This document shows positions 22,861 to 33,765 of a DNA stretch of 64,000 nt, piece after piece. How positions within the stretch are numbered: the stretch's first letter is position 1; every line of letters begins with the position of its first letter. The notes under the pieces are model-generated. The model was given only the letters and a program-made list of their open reading frames with translations. It made no database searches and was not told the origin of the DNA. The stretch is from positions 2,046,001 through 2,110,000 of the forward strand of contig CM082592.2 in the NCBI GenBank assembly GCA_040954595.2, in the 5' to 3' direction. A program made the position numbers and the translations under genes. This DNA is from Balanoglossus misakiensis (taxonomy: Eukaryota > Animalia > Hemichordata).

Positions 22861-25800
22861 TTAAATAATCACGCAATAGAAGACTCGTGCGTGGTCATGT
22901 TGGGGTAAAATGATCAATGCTGTTGGAGTCAGGTTATTTCATTGCTTTCCAAGCCCAATGATTACAGAACTAATAAATTTCCCCCTGAGAACAAAGATTA
23001 AAGGTCTTAACCTATTGTGTTCATTCATATCCCATAGCTATAGTTTGCATAATATTTCATTTATGACAGTATACCTGGCGACTGTGATAATAACCTGATT
23101 ATTGAAGCAGATACACATAGGCTGCATTCACAAACACCTCTGGAAGGGGGGGGGCAGGAGAATTGAGGGGGGATTTGAAAAAAATTGAGGGTATGTAAGG
23201 GGGGATTTGAAATAATTTAGGGACTGAAAGGGGGGGGACTTGAAAACTTTGACGACTAAATATTTATTTTGAGTCCACAAAAATGCAGTTTCGCGCCGTT
23301 TATTTTACAAAATTTTCTAATGGGGGAGGTGGACACCCCCTCCCACACCCACCCCCTCCATTAATCAACACCTTCCAATCATTGATTGGTTTATCTAGTG
23401 TCCCAGGTCAGGGGACTTGACCCCACCGCATGATAACTTTGAGCGGCAACGGTTAAATTTGTCCTCCCGAACATACCAGTAGTTGAGTTAGTTTGCTTTT
23501 GCCAGGTTCATTAAAATGTAGCTTTGAGCTCTGTATTTTATAAAATTTTCTTACGTGAAATCCCCCCCCCCCATTTTCTTTCACAGAGCAAAACACATCA
23601 CCTAGTATCTATCTTGTAAAAAAAGAAAAACAGCGCTCCCATTTTTTAAGTATTTGTATTCTGTGTTGGGAGACAACCCCCTTCAATTCTCGGTTTACAG
23701 TGTCTATTAACTATTAACTCATTTCTTACATTTCTCATACACTGCTTCCATTGATCTGGAATAGCTTTTTTTTAAAATCATGTACTGAGTAATCCAGTTT
23801 CTTTTTTTCTGTAGCTTGTTTAAAAGACAGTGCTGATCAATGAAATTACCATTAACAAATAAGTCGGCTATATGAATAAATCCAGCCTCGATCCACTCAG
23901 TGAAAAATAAAGGAATGTTATTTACCGTTATATGTGGCCGTTAGATTCATGATGCAGGATATATTGATAAGCTAGCGGAGTACTTGGTATATTAGCATGC
24001 TGTATGGAGTAGAACAAGAAATTGCATTTAGTACACAGAACAAAAATACTGAAATTACAGCCAAAAGATACAGCTTATGTCCCTTTAATGTGAGTGCCAA
24101 TGTCAAATAGTGTTATATAAACACAAACAGGCAAAGACGGTCTGGGAAAGTGCTCGCATGGGGGTGTATATGACAGTACGAAGAGGTACACGGCAACGAG
24201 CGGGATCAACAAAGAATCACGTGACCTGTCTCTATCTCCACACAACTCGTTACATCAGGATGCAGCAACATCGGCCAAATTTGCCTCCGAAAATTTCTTC
24301 CTGGCTGACGGTGAGAATATGTTTTATTTACGTTTATAGCAACGGAAAGGGAATCAAAATGTGAAGAGTAATTTCATGGCTTCATAAACATGCACGTCTA
24401 AGCATAGTATTGACATAAAGCTAAGCATTTTGCGTAACATATATATGACAAGCGCCCATCTATTTTTACCTATGTTCGTTTACTTTTTGCTGACACATTT
24501 CTGGTAAAAACGTTAGAAAACAAGGAAAATGCAATGTTTCTCTCATGATTCTGGCATATAACCTGAGTGGTGGGCAGGTAGTCACATATAAATAAGATAT
24601 CCTACAACTTCGCTTGTTTTCTAACATTTTTGCCACGCATGACCCAACAAAAAGTAAATGAGTGTACATGTACATATAGGGTATGGGCTTCGTTACCATA
24701 TCAGCGACGAGGCCTTTCTTGAACTTTTCAACCTCCGACAAAACAGTTCCAAGTCCCTCAGCATCGCCATGGACGTCACCGGAAGCATGTCTGACGATAT
24801 ACAGGCGGCCAAAGAGGAATGCTACCGATTGATTGATTGATGAGCGAGTGGGCACAGTTAATGAACCGGCCAATTATGTACTGGTGCCATTCAGCGACCC
24901 AGGTTAGTCTTGTCTGACGGCTTTATGCACACCAAGAGGGTGGCTTACATTGAGCGGCTTCGCCCGTAATGTTTGTTGCTTTTCTGATGAAATGTAGTTG
25001 ATAAGTTGGTTAGTTTCTAGTCTGCAGACATGACTCACTGTATCCTTGTCTATGGCAGCCACTTCGTAACCTAAAACAATCTTGTACATTATTACCGAAA
25101 TCAGGCGGTGTTAAGCATATAATTGACGCATGTTGCATAATATGCAGAATATTGTAGGCTAATCATATAAATGTTACCAATATAGTGTTTTTACCTCTAT
25201 TTTCTTCAACCTTACGCCAGACTACGGCCCGGTGTATGTCACTACAGATGCTGAAACTTTCAAAGCCGCGATAAGTAATTTAAATGCAAACGGGGGCGGT
25301 GATTGTCCCGAACTGGCGATGTCTGGGACGGAACTTGCCGTACAGCACAGGTACGTATGTAAAACAAAACCGAAACAGTTGTGAGATGCATTTAGCTTGA
25401 GAGTTATTGAAAATGAAATTCATACAGATCATCAGCTTCTTTGATTATAGTTGCAAGTACATTAAACTTGTGGTCGTTATTTTCCCACAGTCTACCTTAT
25501 GATATGGCGAGGAAGTGTGACAAGTTTTGTTGCACAGTTGCTTAGCGGAATTTATCTTCAATGTATGAGTTCGGCTGCGACATACGGACACCATCATTCC
25601 GTACGTTTGTTCGTGTATACACAGTCATGCAGAGTCGATTTCCAGGGAATAGTTGACGGAAATCAACTGTTGCCTGGCCAGGAAAAAGTATCCGAAACCT
25701 GCTAACAGCACAATTCTTTTAGTCTGCCAGGTTCAGATCTGTTCGTGTTTACCGATGCAAGTGCCAAAGACACCAACAAAACGGAATACGTTCGTGATTT

Positions 25801-28800
25801 CGCCCTGGAACGAAATGTGCGGGTTACTTATCGGCTGACCGGGACTTGCGGGTATGCTCGCCGATCAGTTGGGTCAATGGCTCGTGGTCAGTCTCAAGGT
25901 AGGGTGTTATTGCTCCACGGAATTCAGTATAAAAGCGTGCGTGCATGGTTTCATAACAAAGAAAAAATGTATTCCTTCTGGGGCAATTCAAATAAGTAAA
26001 GTGTATTCACCTGAAGATGCAATCGCGGATCCAAACAAAGTTTGAAAAACATTTTAAGGTGGCAATGTTAGTGTCAGTGGATGGGAATGGTTGATGGCAA
26101 CTCCCTGACAGAGTAAAATGCCTTGGTCATTTGATCTAAAAACCACCATGATAATCGTTCTGATCTGCTTCAATGCTCTTCCATTCAGCAGATCACGTTC
26201 CCAGTCGGAGAGAGCACTCTCGAAGGAAGCGCAGTTTAGACGCTTATCGGTCAATTTCCGAGGCGACCGGTGGAGTGGTTCTTGAAGTGACCAAATAGGA
26301 GTTGAAAGGAGCAACGGAGATCATCAACCTCAGCTTTGAAGGAGCCGAAGTCTACATTCTCATCGTCGATTTGACTGGAAGTGTCACAGTCACATTTCCG
26401 GTGGACAACACTGTTTCCCGGGTAGAGATCGCCGTCTCTGCATCGGACGCAACTCTCAGCAAGATAGACTACGCCCTCACGGATCCAAATGTTAAATACT
26501 ACTAGTATTCTGGTTTGTCAACTCCTGTTCATTGGCTTCAAAACTTCATTCGTTGACTGTTTCAGATTGTAATAAGGCAAAAAGTGAGTATCTGACCAAG
26601 CAATGACATTTGTAGAAATCTATTTGTAGAAATCTATAGATTTTAGACTTGGGGTAGACTATATGTTTTAGGCTAAGTCATGCAATTACTGACAGAAAAT
26701 GAATCATCTTTTGTTCGGTAGGTCGCGTACGGAATGATTCCACAGAAGTTGTGAATAACGGGGAGGAACTTGTCTTGGTGATAAACGCCATCGACGTCGG
26801 AGAGTGGGGATTGACTTTGAACGACGACAAGCTATGGCACATTGTCGTCAACGCGAGAAGTCCCATCGACTTTTTATACACATTCTACAAAGAAGATTAT
26901 GCTGGCCAGATGGTACCCCTTCACGGCTCACCAGCGATAGGTACGTGGCTTACTCTTCCAGTTCAAAACTGCCAGCGGAGCGTAAGTCACAAAATCGGGA
27001 TTTCCACCCTTCCTTCAAGATAGATGCTTACCACGTTGGCCCAAGTGAGTGTTACAAAGCACTAAAATATAATTGGGTGCCGATAACCATCACTGATTTA
27101 TATATGCTGTGCATTTTTGGTTTGATTTTTCCCCTCCATGGTAACCGTGGCTGGATTTGCATCGAATGACTTCTAAATATTGTCCAGTTCCATGTAAACT
27201 GGTGGAACACCTAGTGCTTAAAACTTAAGTATTCATTCTCCCCGATTTTCCACAGACCAAGAAGTTTCAGTGGTCGTGTCCATCACGGGACAGGAGTATG
27301 TTTCGTCTGTACCACAACTGATCCTTACCACAAACGACGGTGTCGAGTTTGAGACCGCTATGGTCATGATTAGTGAAGGATCATAACGTGCCCAAGTCCA
27401 AATACCCAGGGAGGTATGAACATGTGTGAAACATTTTGTTCAGGACAGACAATTAATGCTGTATACCGATCAGCCACATTCGGCTTCGATAAGGTAGTCA
27501 GATTGTGTTTCCTCGACTGGTAAACATCGTATCATGAATGCATTACATCGAGTGCACATATGATTTAGAGTTGTTCCAATTTTTATAAGGTAGACCCTTT
27601 TTGGTAAACGTTAGTATGCAAAGAATGAGTCAAACTCACTTGCATTTTTTATATGCATAATTTTTGTCACAGTTTTCCTGAAGGATTTTGGAATACAGCT
27701 GAAACGGTTGGACAGCGAAGGAGCACGATTCCAAAGAACCAAGTCCGTTGATGTCAAAGTTCAACCAGTAAGCTTGGAAATGGATAATGGGGTCACGCGT
27801 AAGTGTTTTATACAATCCCCACATAACCTGGAACTACTTCTAATAGTAAAATGAAACATTGGAGAAAAATTTGAGAGGACAGCTGCTGCAAAGATGAAAA
27901 ATGAAATCATACCAATGAGTATGACGTCATTCTGTTATAATGCGAATAAAAATTGTTGTCTGTTCCATTGGTTTCTCACAGATTCCCTCGACCCAGGCGG
28001 CATCCCCCTTCAGATTAATTTCACAATACGTAACCATGGCGATGACGCAGGCCACTACTCGGTCACGGCCGAGGAATATTTGTTCCTCCAAGCATACTTT
28101 CCTGAAAGAGTTGAGATTCCAGCAAAATCCTCTTGTGCTGGTTATATGATAGCCGCCGTCTTGAACAACGACACAGAAAGTGGTACAATCAGGTACGACA
28201 CAAAATCATATAGAATTCCATTTTGCAGAATGTAGCAATACTCCAGTGTTTATTTTTTTCTCTCCGAGGAAACATTAGGATACAACACGTATGCATCTGC
28301 AGTGACAAGTGTTGTTTGAGAAAGAAATAAGCACGAACGTTAGGATTTCACCTTGTATACCCTTAATAGACTAGGCGTACTTTTGGAACCAGGTTAAGAA
28401 TAGTTTAGAAATCACTGGTTGATCAATGTTTAGGCCACTGTCATGAATACCACAGACTGATGAATGTTTGTGTATCTTGGAATTGTAATGTCTGATTGTT
28501 TGTGCGTTCTTGTCTCAAGTGCTGGGTCAGTGAAAGTCACCAGTGACGGAGGCGGAACGTCCAATGAATTGCACTTTAAACTTATTGTCATGGAATATCT
28601 CGAATACTACAGAGGGATAGAGGATGACGTTCCGGCAGAAAGTAGTGGTTGCAATTACTAGTAATCATACTGTTTGTTGTTGTTGTTTTTTTGTGTTGTT
28701 TTTTTGTTGTTGTTTTTTTTGGGGGGGGGCTTGCAACAAATGTACTATAAGCTTACTACGAAGACACGACAGTTCAAAAGGCTCATCAATAGAACCAAAT

Positions 28801-30342
28801 TTTCTACATTATTTTTTGCAAATCCTGGATTTTGGGAAACCAGATGGATACTGCATTCATTGCCAGTAGTTTATTTATGACTCATGTGACAGGAACTTCT
28901 TGTCACTGCCTGATACAAATTCAATGCAATTTTGCTAGTAGACGTTTACAATTTTGTTCGAAAGCTAGTTGATGTCGATCCTTTAGAGGCCCAAATGTGT
29001 TTATTAATATGTTGATTTTCACTTCAGTCGACTTCAAAAATTCTTATTTGGACAGACCCATATGATTAAGTTTGTGCTGTATCTATGTTACCACACAGGA
29101 AGAGGTTGACGATGAGGCTGGGACCGGGGGCGCACTACACTGGACCATTATGATTGCCGTTGCCGTTGGCACAGTGGTTGTATTGGTGACCGATATTTTA
29201 ATTGCTGTTTGTTCAGTGAAACATGCTAATAAGAACAAAGTAGTCGCCATGTAAAATAGTGTGGATATTTCTTGCATGGGCGTGCAAATACCACCATTAC
29301 ATATTGGGAATTGAAGTGTTTTAGTATGTCTAACTTGTTCTTTCAAAATTATTGTACATATTATGTAAATGTTGTGACTACATGTATATTTGGGAATTTT
29401 CAAAACAATTTTAATATCTAATTTCATTTAAATAACTTGCAGAAAGGTACGTTGGCCGTCTCTTTTCAAATATGTGAGATAAATGTCTACTTTTGTGTGC
29501 ATATAGTACATCAGGTTTTGTAATAGTCTGGTTCACTGATGTGTTCTATTTATGCCAGGTCGGGTTTCATCACGGTCCTCCGTCCAATTTCTCAACCATT
29601 TGCCGTGCTTTCATCTCCAACACTGTGCTACTGATTCAAGTGATTTTCTTATGAAATATTCGTTATAGAAAATTACTTCCTATATGTTCATATGTTAACT
29701 GGTGAGATTTATGCGTCATGGGTTTAAGGAAAATTAAATGAAACTGTTTTAATGTACTGATGAAAAGAATAAATTTGAACCCTTGATTTTTGTATAGCAC
29801 TACTTTTGGGGGACATCACGCCTGAAGGGCGATGCTCCGTCCAATGTAATGTATTTACGTATATCACTTTAGCTTATGAATTTTCATTTTATGACACATG
29901 GCAAAAATCGGCCGTCTTGAAATTGTGTCGACCACATCACTCCCCTAGGTAACAAAACCCTTTTTAGGGTAGGAAGAATTATTATACACCTACACTCCAC
30001 AAATATGGTGTGGCGTCTGTCACATATGGTTTCCTACATGTATCTTCAAAGAGCATTTATTTTCTGGCTTATGCATGCAAGCTGCACTCATGCTACACAT
30101 CTGGACCCATCGGCCAGATGGCATGCCTGATCGATTAGCAATACGGACGATAGACTGTCGACAGTCCCTCGCGCCTATTAATGTGTATCTTTTTTTAGTT
30201 AATACATGACGGATAATTTTTGCAAACATTAACAGTGCAATGAGATAACAGCTATGGGGTTTTCAAAGGTCTAAATTAATCGACGAGTTATCATTACTAG
30301 CTTTGTGAACCGCGTAGCGAGAACGGCGGATTCACTGGGAAA

Positions 30343-30609
30343 ATGATTTTTCGCTGGCACGCCAGTTTTGCTGCTTTGGTGTTTGTGGTCAACTTTATGG
30401 TTGCCACCGAGGCATTCTACGCTTTGCTGAGTAAGTCCGAAAGCCCACAAGATGACCACACTCATTACACAATGTCCCACGAAGCCTTACTGACTGTAGT
30501 GGCCAAATATCTGGAAGACAACCCTCGGACACGAAGTTCCGTACAGCCCGGTGATTTAGTCGGACTCGATCCGTTGACGTCGTCAAGTCTGTGTACAGCC
30601 TACTATGGG
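30343..30609 (+). pseudogene. Orphan exon 1 of a second VWA7-like copy
   Basis: From TEAFYALLSKS onward it is nearly identical to 19236-19439 and ends at a GT donor. No further exons were found downstream. Confidence 0.8.
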
Positions 30610-31257
30610 GTATGCATTGCTTTTAGCCTTGCTGTCATTTGTGTCAGCCGAGCTGTAGCAGTAAGTTGATAAGTGTCCGTCCGTCGTCCGTCCGTCCGTC
30701 CGGCGTCCGTCAACTTTTGGTATTTCAATCTTCTTCTTTAAAACAACTTGGCATATTTAGCTGAAATTTGGTTGGAATGTGTGTTATGGTGCCCTTACCG
30801 GATTTTGTTAATTTGGAATTGATGGGGACATGAATATGTCTCAAACTTCAATAAACTAAGGAATAACCTGTTATAACAGGTGAACAGTGTATGGGCTTAA
30901 CTCTAGTTCCCAGGAGTTGGTAGGCGAAGCCTGCCTTGAACATCACACGGTTCCCAACATCCTCCCGCCCGCAAAGATTGAAATTGAAATACAAACACAA
31001 TGAAAAATTCACAATGAAAATTTTGCAAGTAAAGGTCATCGCACTTGGTATACATCAAAAATGTTGGAATCTCAAATCCGAAAAACGATATCACAAACAG
31101 GTACACAGAAATTCAAGTTCAACTACAGTATCTTAAACAAAAATAAAAAAATAGTGGAAAGGCTTCGAATTAGACCAGAAAAAATAGCTATTCCTACAAA
31201 GTGAAAATACAAATCGCTAAACTAATGTAGTGAACCTCGAGAGTCCGATTGAGGTTT

Positions 31258-32202
31258 TCAAGTACCCCGTATGAAACAGAAATATTGTCTCTCGTTTTCT
31301 TCGTGCAATCTGCGGGACGTCATCCGCTTGTCTCTGTCTCCCTTCAACCACTGCATTCGACGATTTAGAAACCAAACCTTTACCTGTTTTTCTGTGGGTG
31401 TCTCGTTCTGCTGAACGCTGCTCTCTAATTCTCTTGGTTGCTTCTCGGTGGTGGTGAAGGTCGTCGGTTCTTTTCTTGGTTTGCGGCTCGGGTCAAGCTT
31501 GTGCCCGTCTTCGTTGTTTCCATTTGCTTCGTCTTCAGAAGTACTGTTCCCGATCTTGCTAGTGTCGGTCTGGTCGCTCGACTGCTGTTGTGTCGACGGA
31601 TCGGTCGTTTTCGGGTTGGGTCTGCAGCTCTTGTTGTCTAGGTTGACGGTCGAGGCGTTGATGTTGGTCCCCATGTTGACTGCGATGGCGGTTGGTCTGA
31701 CTGGCGGCTCCACCTCGATGGTCACTGTCGGTTGGTGTTGGTCGGTGGTGACGGCGTTGCACGGGGAAATGTCATCGGAAATGTCGTCTGGTGAAGATTC
31801 AGTGGAGACCGGTTCAGATTCAGTGGGGACCGGTGGGCTTGCTCGCCGCTTCAGAATACTTGCTTGACTGTTTCCAAGGGCTGGACCGGTCTGGTTTGAG
31901 GGTGGTGAAGCCTGTTGTTCCAACCATTTCTTGAACCTCACCAACTTCTCTTCTATCTCTATGAGATAGTCATCGGATGCCGCGAACTCTTCATCGAAAT
32001 CTTCACCGTCAAGTCCGTCGAGAATTTTCTCGTCCAGGAGCTTGATGATCTTGAGTTTCTCTCTCATGTTTCGGATTGTTAACTTCATGAGAATGATCTG
32101 GTCTCGGTGAGGAACTTCTGCGGTGTTTAAATCTTCAACCCTGCGGATGAGTTTAGTCATTTGACTGCGGTGGCCCCTTCTGTTGCGCTTGTCCAACTCC
32201 AT
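31258..32202 (-). CDS. 314-aa chimeric ORF: BEL/Pao Gag-like N-terminus, low-complexity linker, degenerate Mox/Meox-like homeodomain
   Basis: N-terminus KRNRRGHRSQMTKL...LREKL..I..LDEKIL...EEF..SDDY. C-terminus KLDPSRKPRKEPTTFT..EKQPRELE...TEKQVKVWFLNRRMQWLK. Confidence 0.8.
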   Translation of the reverse strand: MELDKRNRRGHRSQMTKLIRRVEDLNTAEVPHRDQIILMKLTIRNMREKLKIIKLLDEKILDGLDGEDFDEEFAASDDYLIEIEEKLVRFKKWLEQQASPPSNQTGPALGNSQASILKRRASPPVPTESEPVSTESSPDDISDDISPCNAVTTDQHQPTVTIEVEPPVRPTAIAVNMGTNINASTVNLDNKSCRPNPKTTDPSTQQQSSDQTDTSKIGNSTSEDEANGNNEDGHKLDPSRKPRKEPTTFTTTEKQPRELESSVQQNETPTEKQVKVWFLNRRMQWLKGDRDKRMTSRRLHEENERQYFCFIRGT

Positions 32203-32218
32203 CCTGGTCTCGGCACCA
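32201..32218 (-). promoter_or_regulatory. Primer-binding site, tRNA-His-like
   Basis: TGGTGCCGAGACCAGGAT lies 5 nt after the LTR end and overlaps the ORF start codon. It resembles the complement of the tRNA-His 3' end (TGGTGCCGTGAC..GGAT). Confidence 0.75.
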
Positions 32219-32949
32219 TAAAATGTACGGCGTACACTTTGAGAAAAGGTTCAGGGAGTGGAGAGGGACGAATGGCCGGGAAGTGAGACTCGATGCGCGA
32301 GTTGTGGTTACCAAATTCAAGTCTGATTTATTGTCACAAACTCTGCGGTTTATATACAGTGTGGTGAACTTTGGCATTCACACCTGGTACAATAGGTTTG
32401 GTGACCGGCGTCACACAGGCAACAAATAAAGAAATAACATGTCTGAAGGAATTACATGTCTGATAAAGGAATTACATGTCTGATAGACAAATTGTGGGCG
32501 GAGTCTATAATATGCCGTGTGTGGTCTCCGACAATATGCAAATTAGATCTAAATATAGAATTGTTGGTAAAAAATCTTCTTCTCCCTAACTACATGTACG
32601 ATGGAGCTGAAATTTGGTAGGAATGTGTGTTATGGTGTCCCTACCTGATTTTGTTAATTTGCATTTGATGATGTCATGAATATGCAAATTAGATCTAAAA
32701 ATAGAATTTTGGGTCAAAAATCTTCTTCTCCATAACTACATGTACGATGGAGCTGAAATTTAGTAGGAATGTGTGTTATGGTGCCCCTACCTGATTTTTT
32801 AATTTGGATGGGGTCACAAATACATATGTATGCAAATTAGATCTAAATATAGAATTTTTGGTAAACAATCTTCTTCTCCCTAACTACATGTACGATGGAG
32901 CTGAAATTTGGTAGGAATGTGTGTTATGGTGCCCCTACCTGATGGTACC

Positions 32950-33325
32950 TAAATTGGGAGAAATCCAGTCTGATACCGACACAGAAAAAGGTATTCATTT
33001 GCTACCTAATAAACAGTGTGGGCCAAGATGGGTCACCCGAGATCAGTATACAGAGTCAAAGTGTCCGCAAACTGAGACACGATCTAATGAGTGCATTGGA
33101 CAGGCAATCCCTTCCAGCCAAAGTATTAGCCAGGATTGCTGGACAGTGCATATCAATGACTCAGGCAATTATCCCGGGCAAACTACTACTACGGAGTGTC
33201 TATCGACTGCTTGCTGCAAAAACTTCATGGGACAATATACTAATAATAAACCAACCAGTGAAACAGGAAATGGAATGGTGGCTACAAGCCCTCCAATCAT
33301 GGAATGGCCGTTCAACCTCCACGAT
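32950..33325 (+). mobile_element. DIRS/Ngaro RT-RNaseH connector fragment
   Basis: LARIAGQCISMTQAIIPGKLLLRSVY...EMEWWLQALQSWNGR is typical of tyrosine-recombinase retrotransposon pol. Confidence 0.75.
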
Positions 33326-33574
33326 CAGTCAACTCCCGCATATATGACTTCAAAGTGACACACAGGATTAACACCTGTTCAACTGGACGATATTTTACCG
33401 CAAATGGACAGTAAATACACCAAAGTCGTAACCAATAGCGCGGTTTCCTCAAGATTATCATGAGTTCGAAGTAGGTACAGCGAGATATTTTAGTTCACTG
33501 CAACCTGCAACGTACGACATGGACGCAACCCTCTAGGCTGTATGTATGGTCAAATGTTCGGTATAATAAAATTA

Positions 33575-33765
33575 ATAACACATGTCATGCTCGGGCAATA
33601 TCATGATCTTTGGCCCGCCCTCGGGTTGGTGATCTCTGGCCATAATATTGATGATGCCCGAGTCGCAGGCGAGAGTATCATCAATATTATGGTCAGCGAT
33701 CACCATCCCTCGAGCAGGCTAAAGACCATGATATTGCCCTCGCTAACATGTACGTGTTATTATTT
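33575..33765. repeat. ~190-bp imperfect palindrome
   Basis: ggcaatatcatg...catgatattgcc arms around the centre cgagtcgcaggcgag. Confidence 0.75.

Larger units (their letters stand above)
19173..29254 (+). pseudogene. VWA7-like multi-exon gene (signal peptide, N-terminal HxxQDFYS domain, VWA, Ig-like region, C-terminal TM), disabled
   Basis: Approximate exons: 19173-19439, 19985-20107, 20663-20836 (HIVQDFYSNANWVE), 21074-21143, 23070-23119 (truncated), 24680-24902 (DVTGSM), 25221-25350 (GGGDCPE), 25723-25898 (FVFTDASAKD), 26191-26490, 26722-26940, 27256-27413, 27982-28192, 28520-28650, 29099-29254. Lesions: frameshifts at ~20042 and ~24835, stops at 26296 and 27384. Confidence 0.85.
30839..32533 (-). 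mobile_element. Non-autonomous BEL/Pao-like LTR retroelement
   Basis: 5' LTR 32224-32533 (TGT...ACA, with TATA and AATAAA); PBS 32201-32218; PPT-like GCGGGCGGGAGGA at 30960-30972 followed by TGT; flanking atatg at 30834-30838 and 32534-32538. No pol. Confidence 0.75.
30620..32942 (+). mobile_element. Helentron-associated (HINE/DINE-like) non-autonomous element, host of the LTR insertion
   Basis: ttttagc start, (GTCC)n microsatellite at ~30675-30710 and ~150-bp tandem repeats at 32534-32942. Confidence 0.55.
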
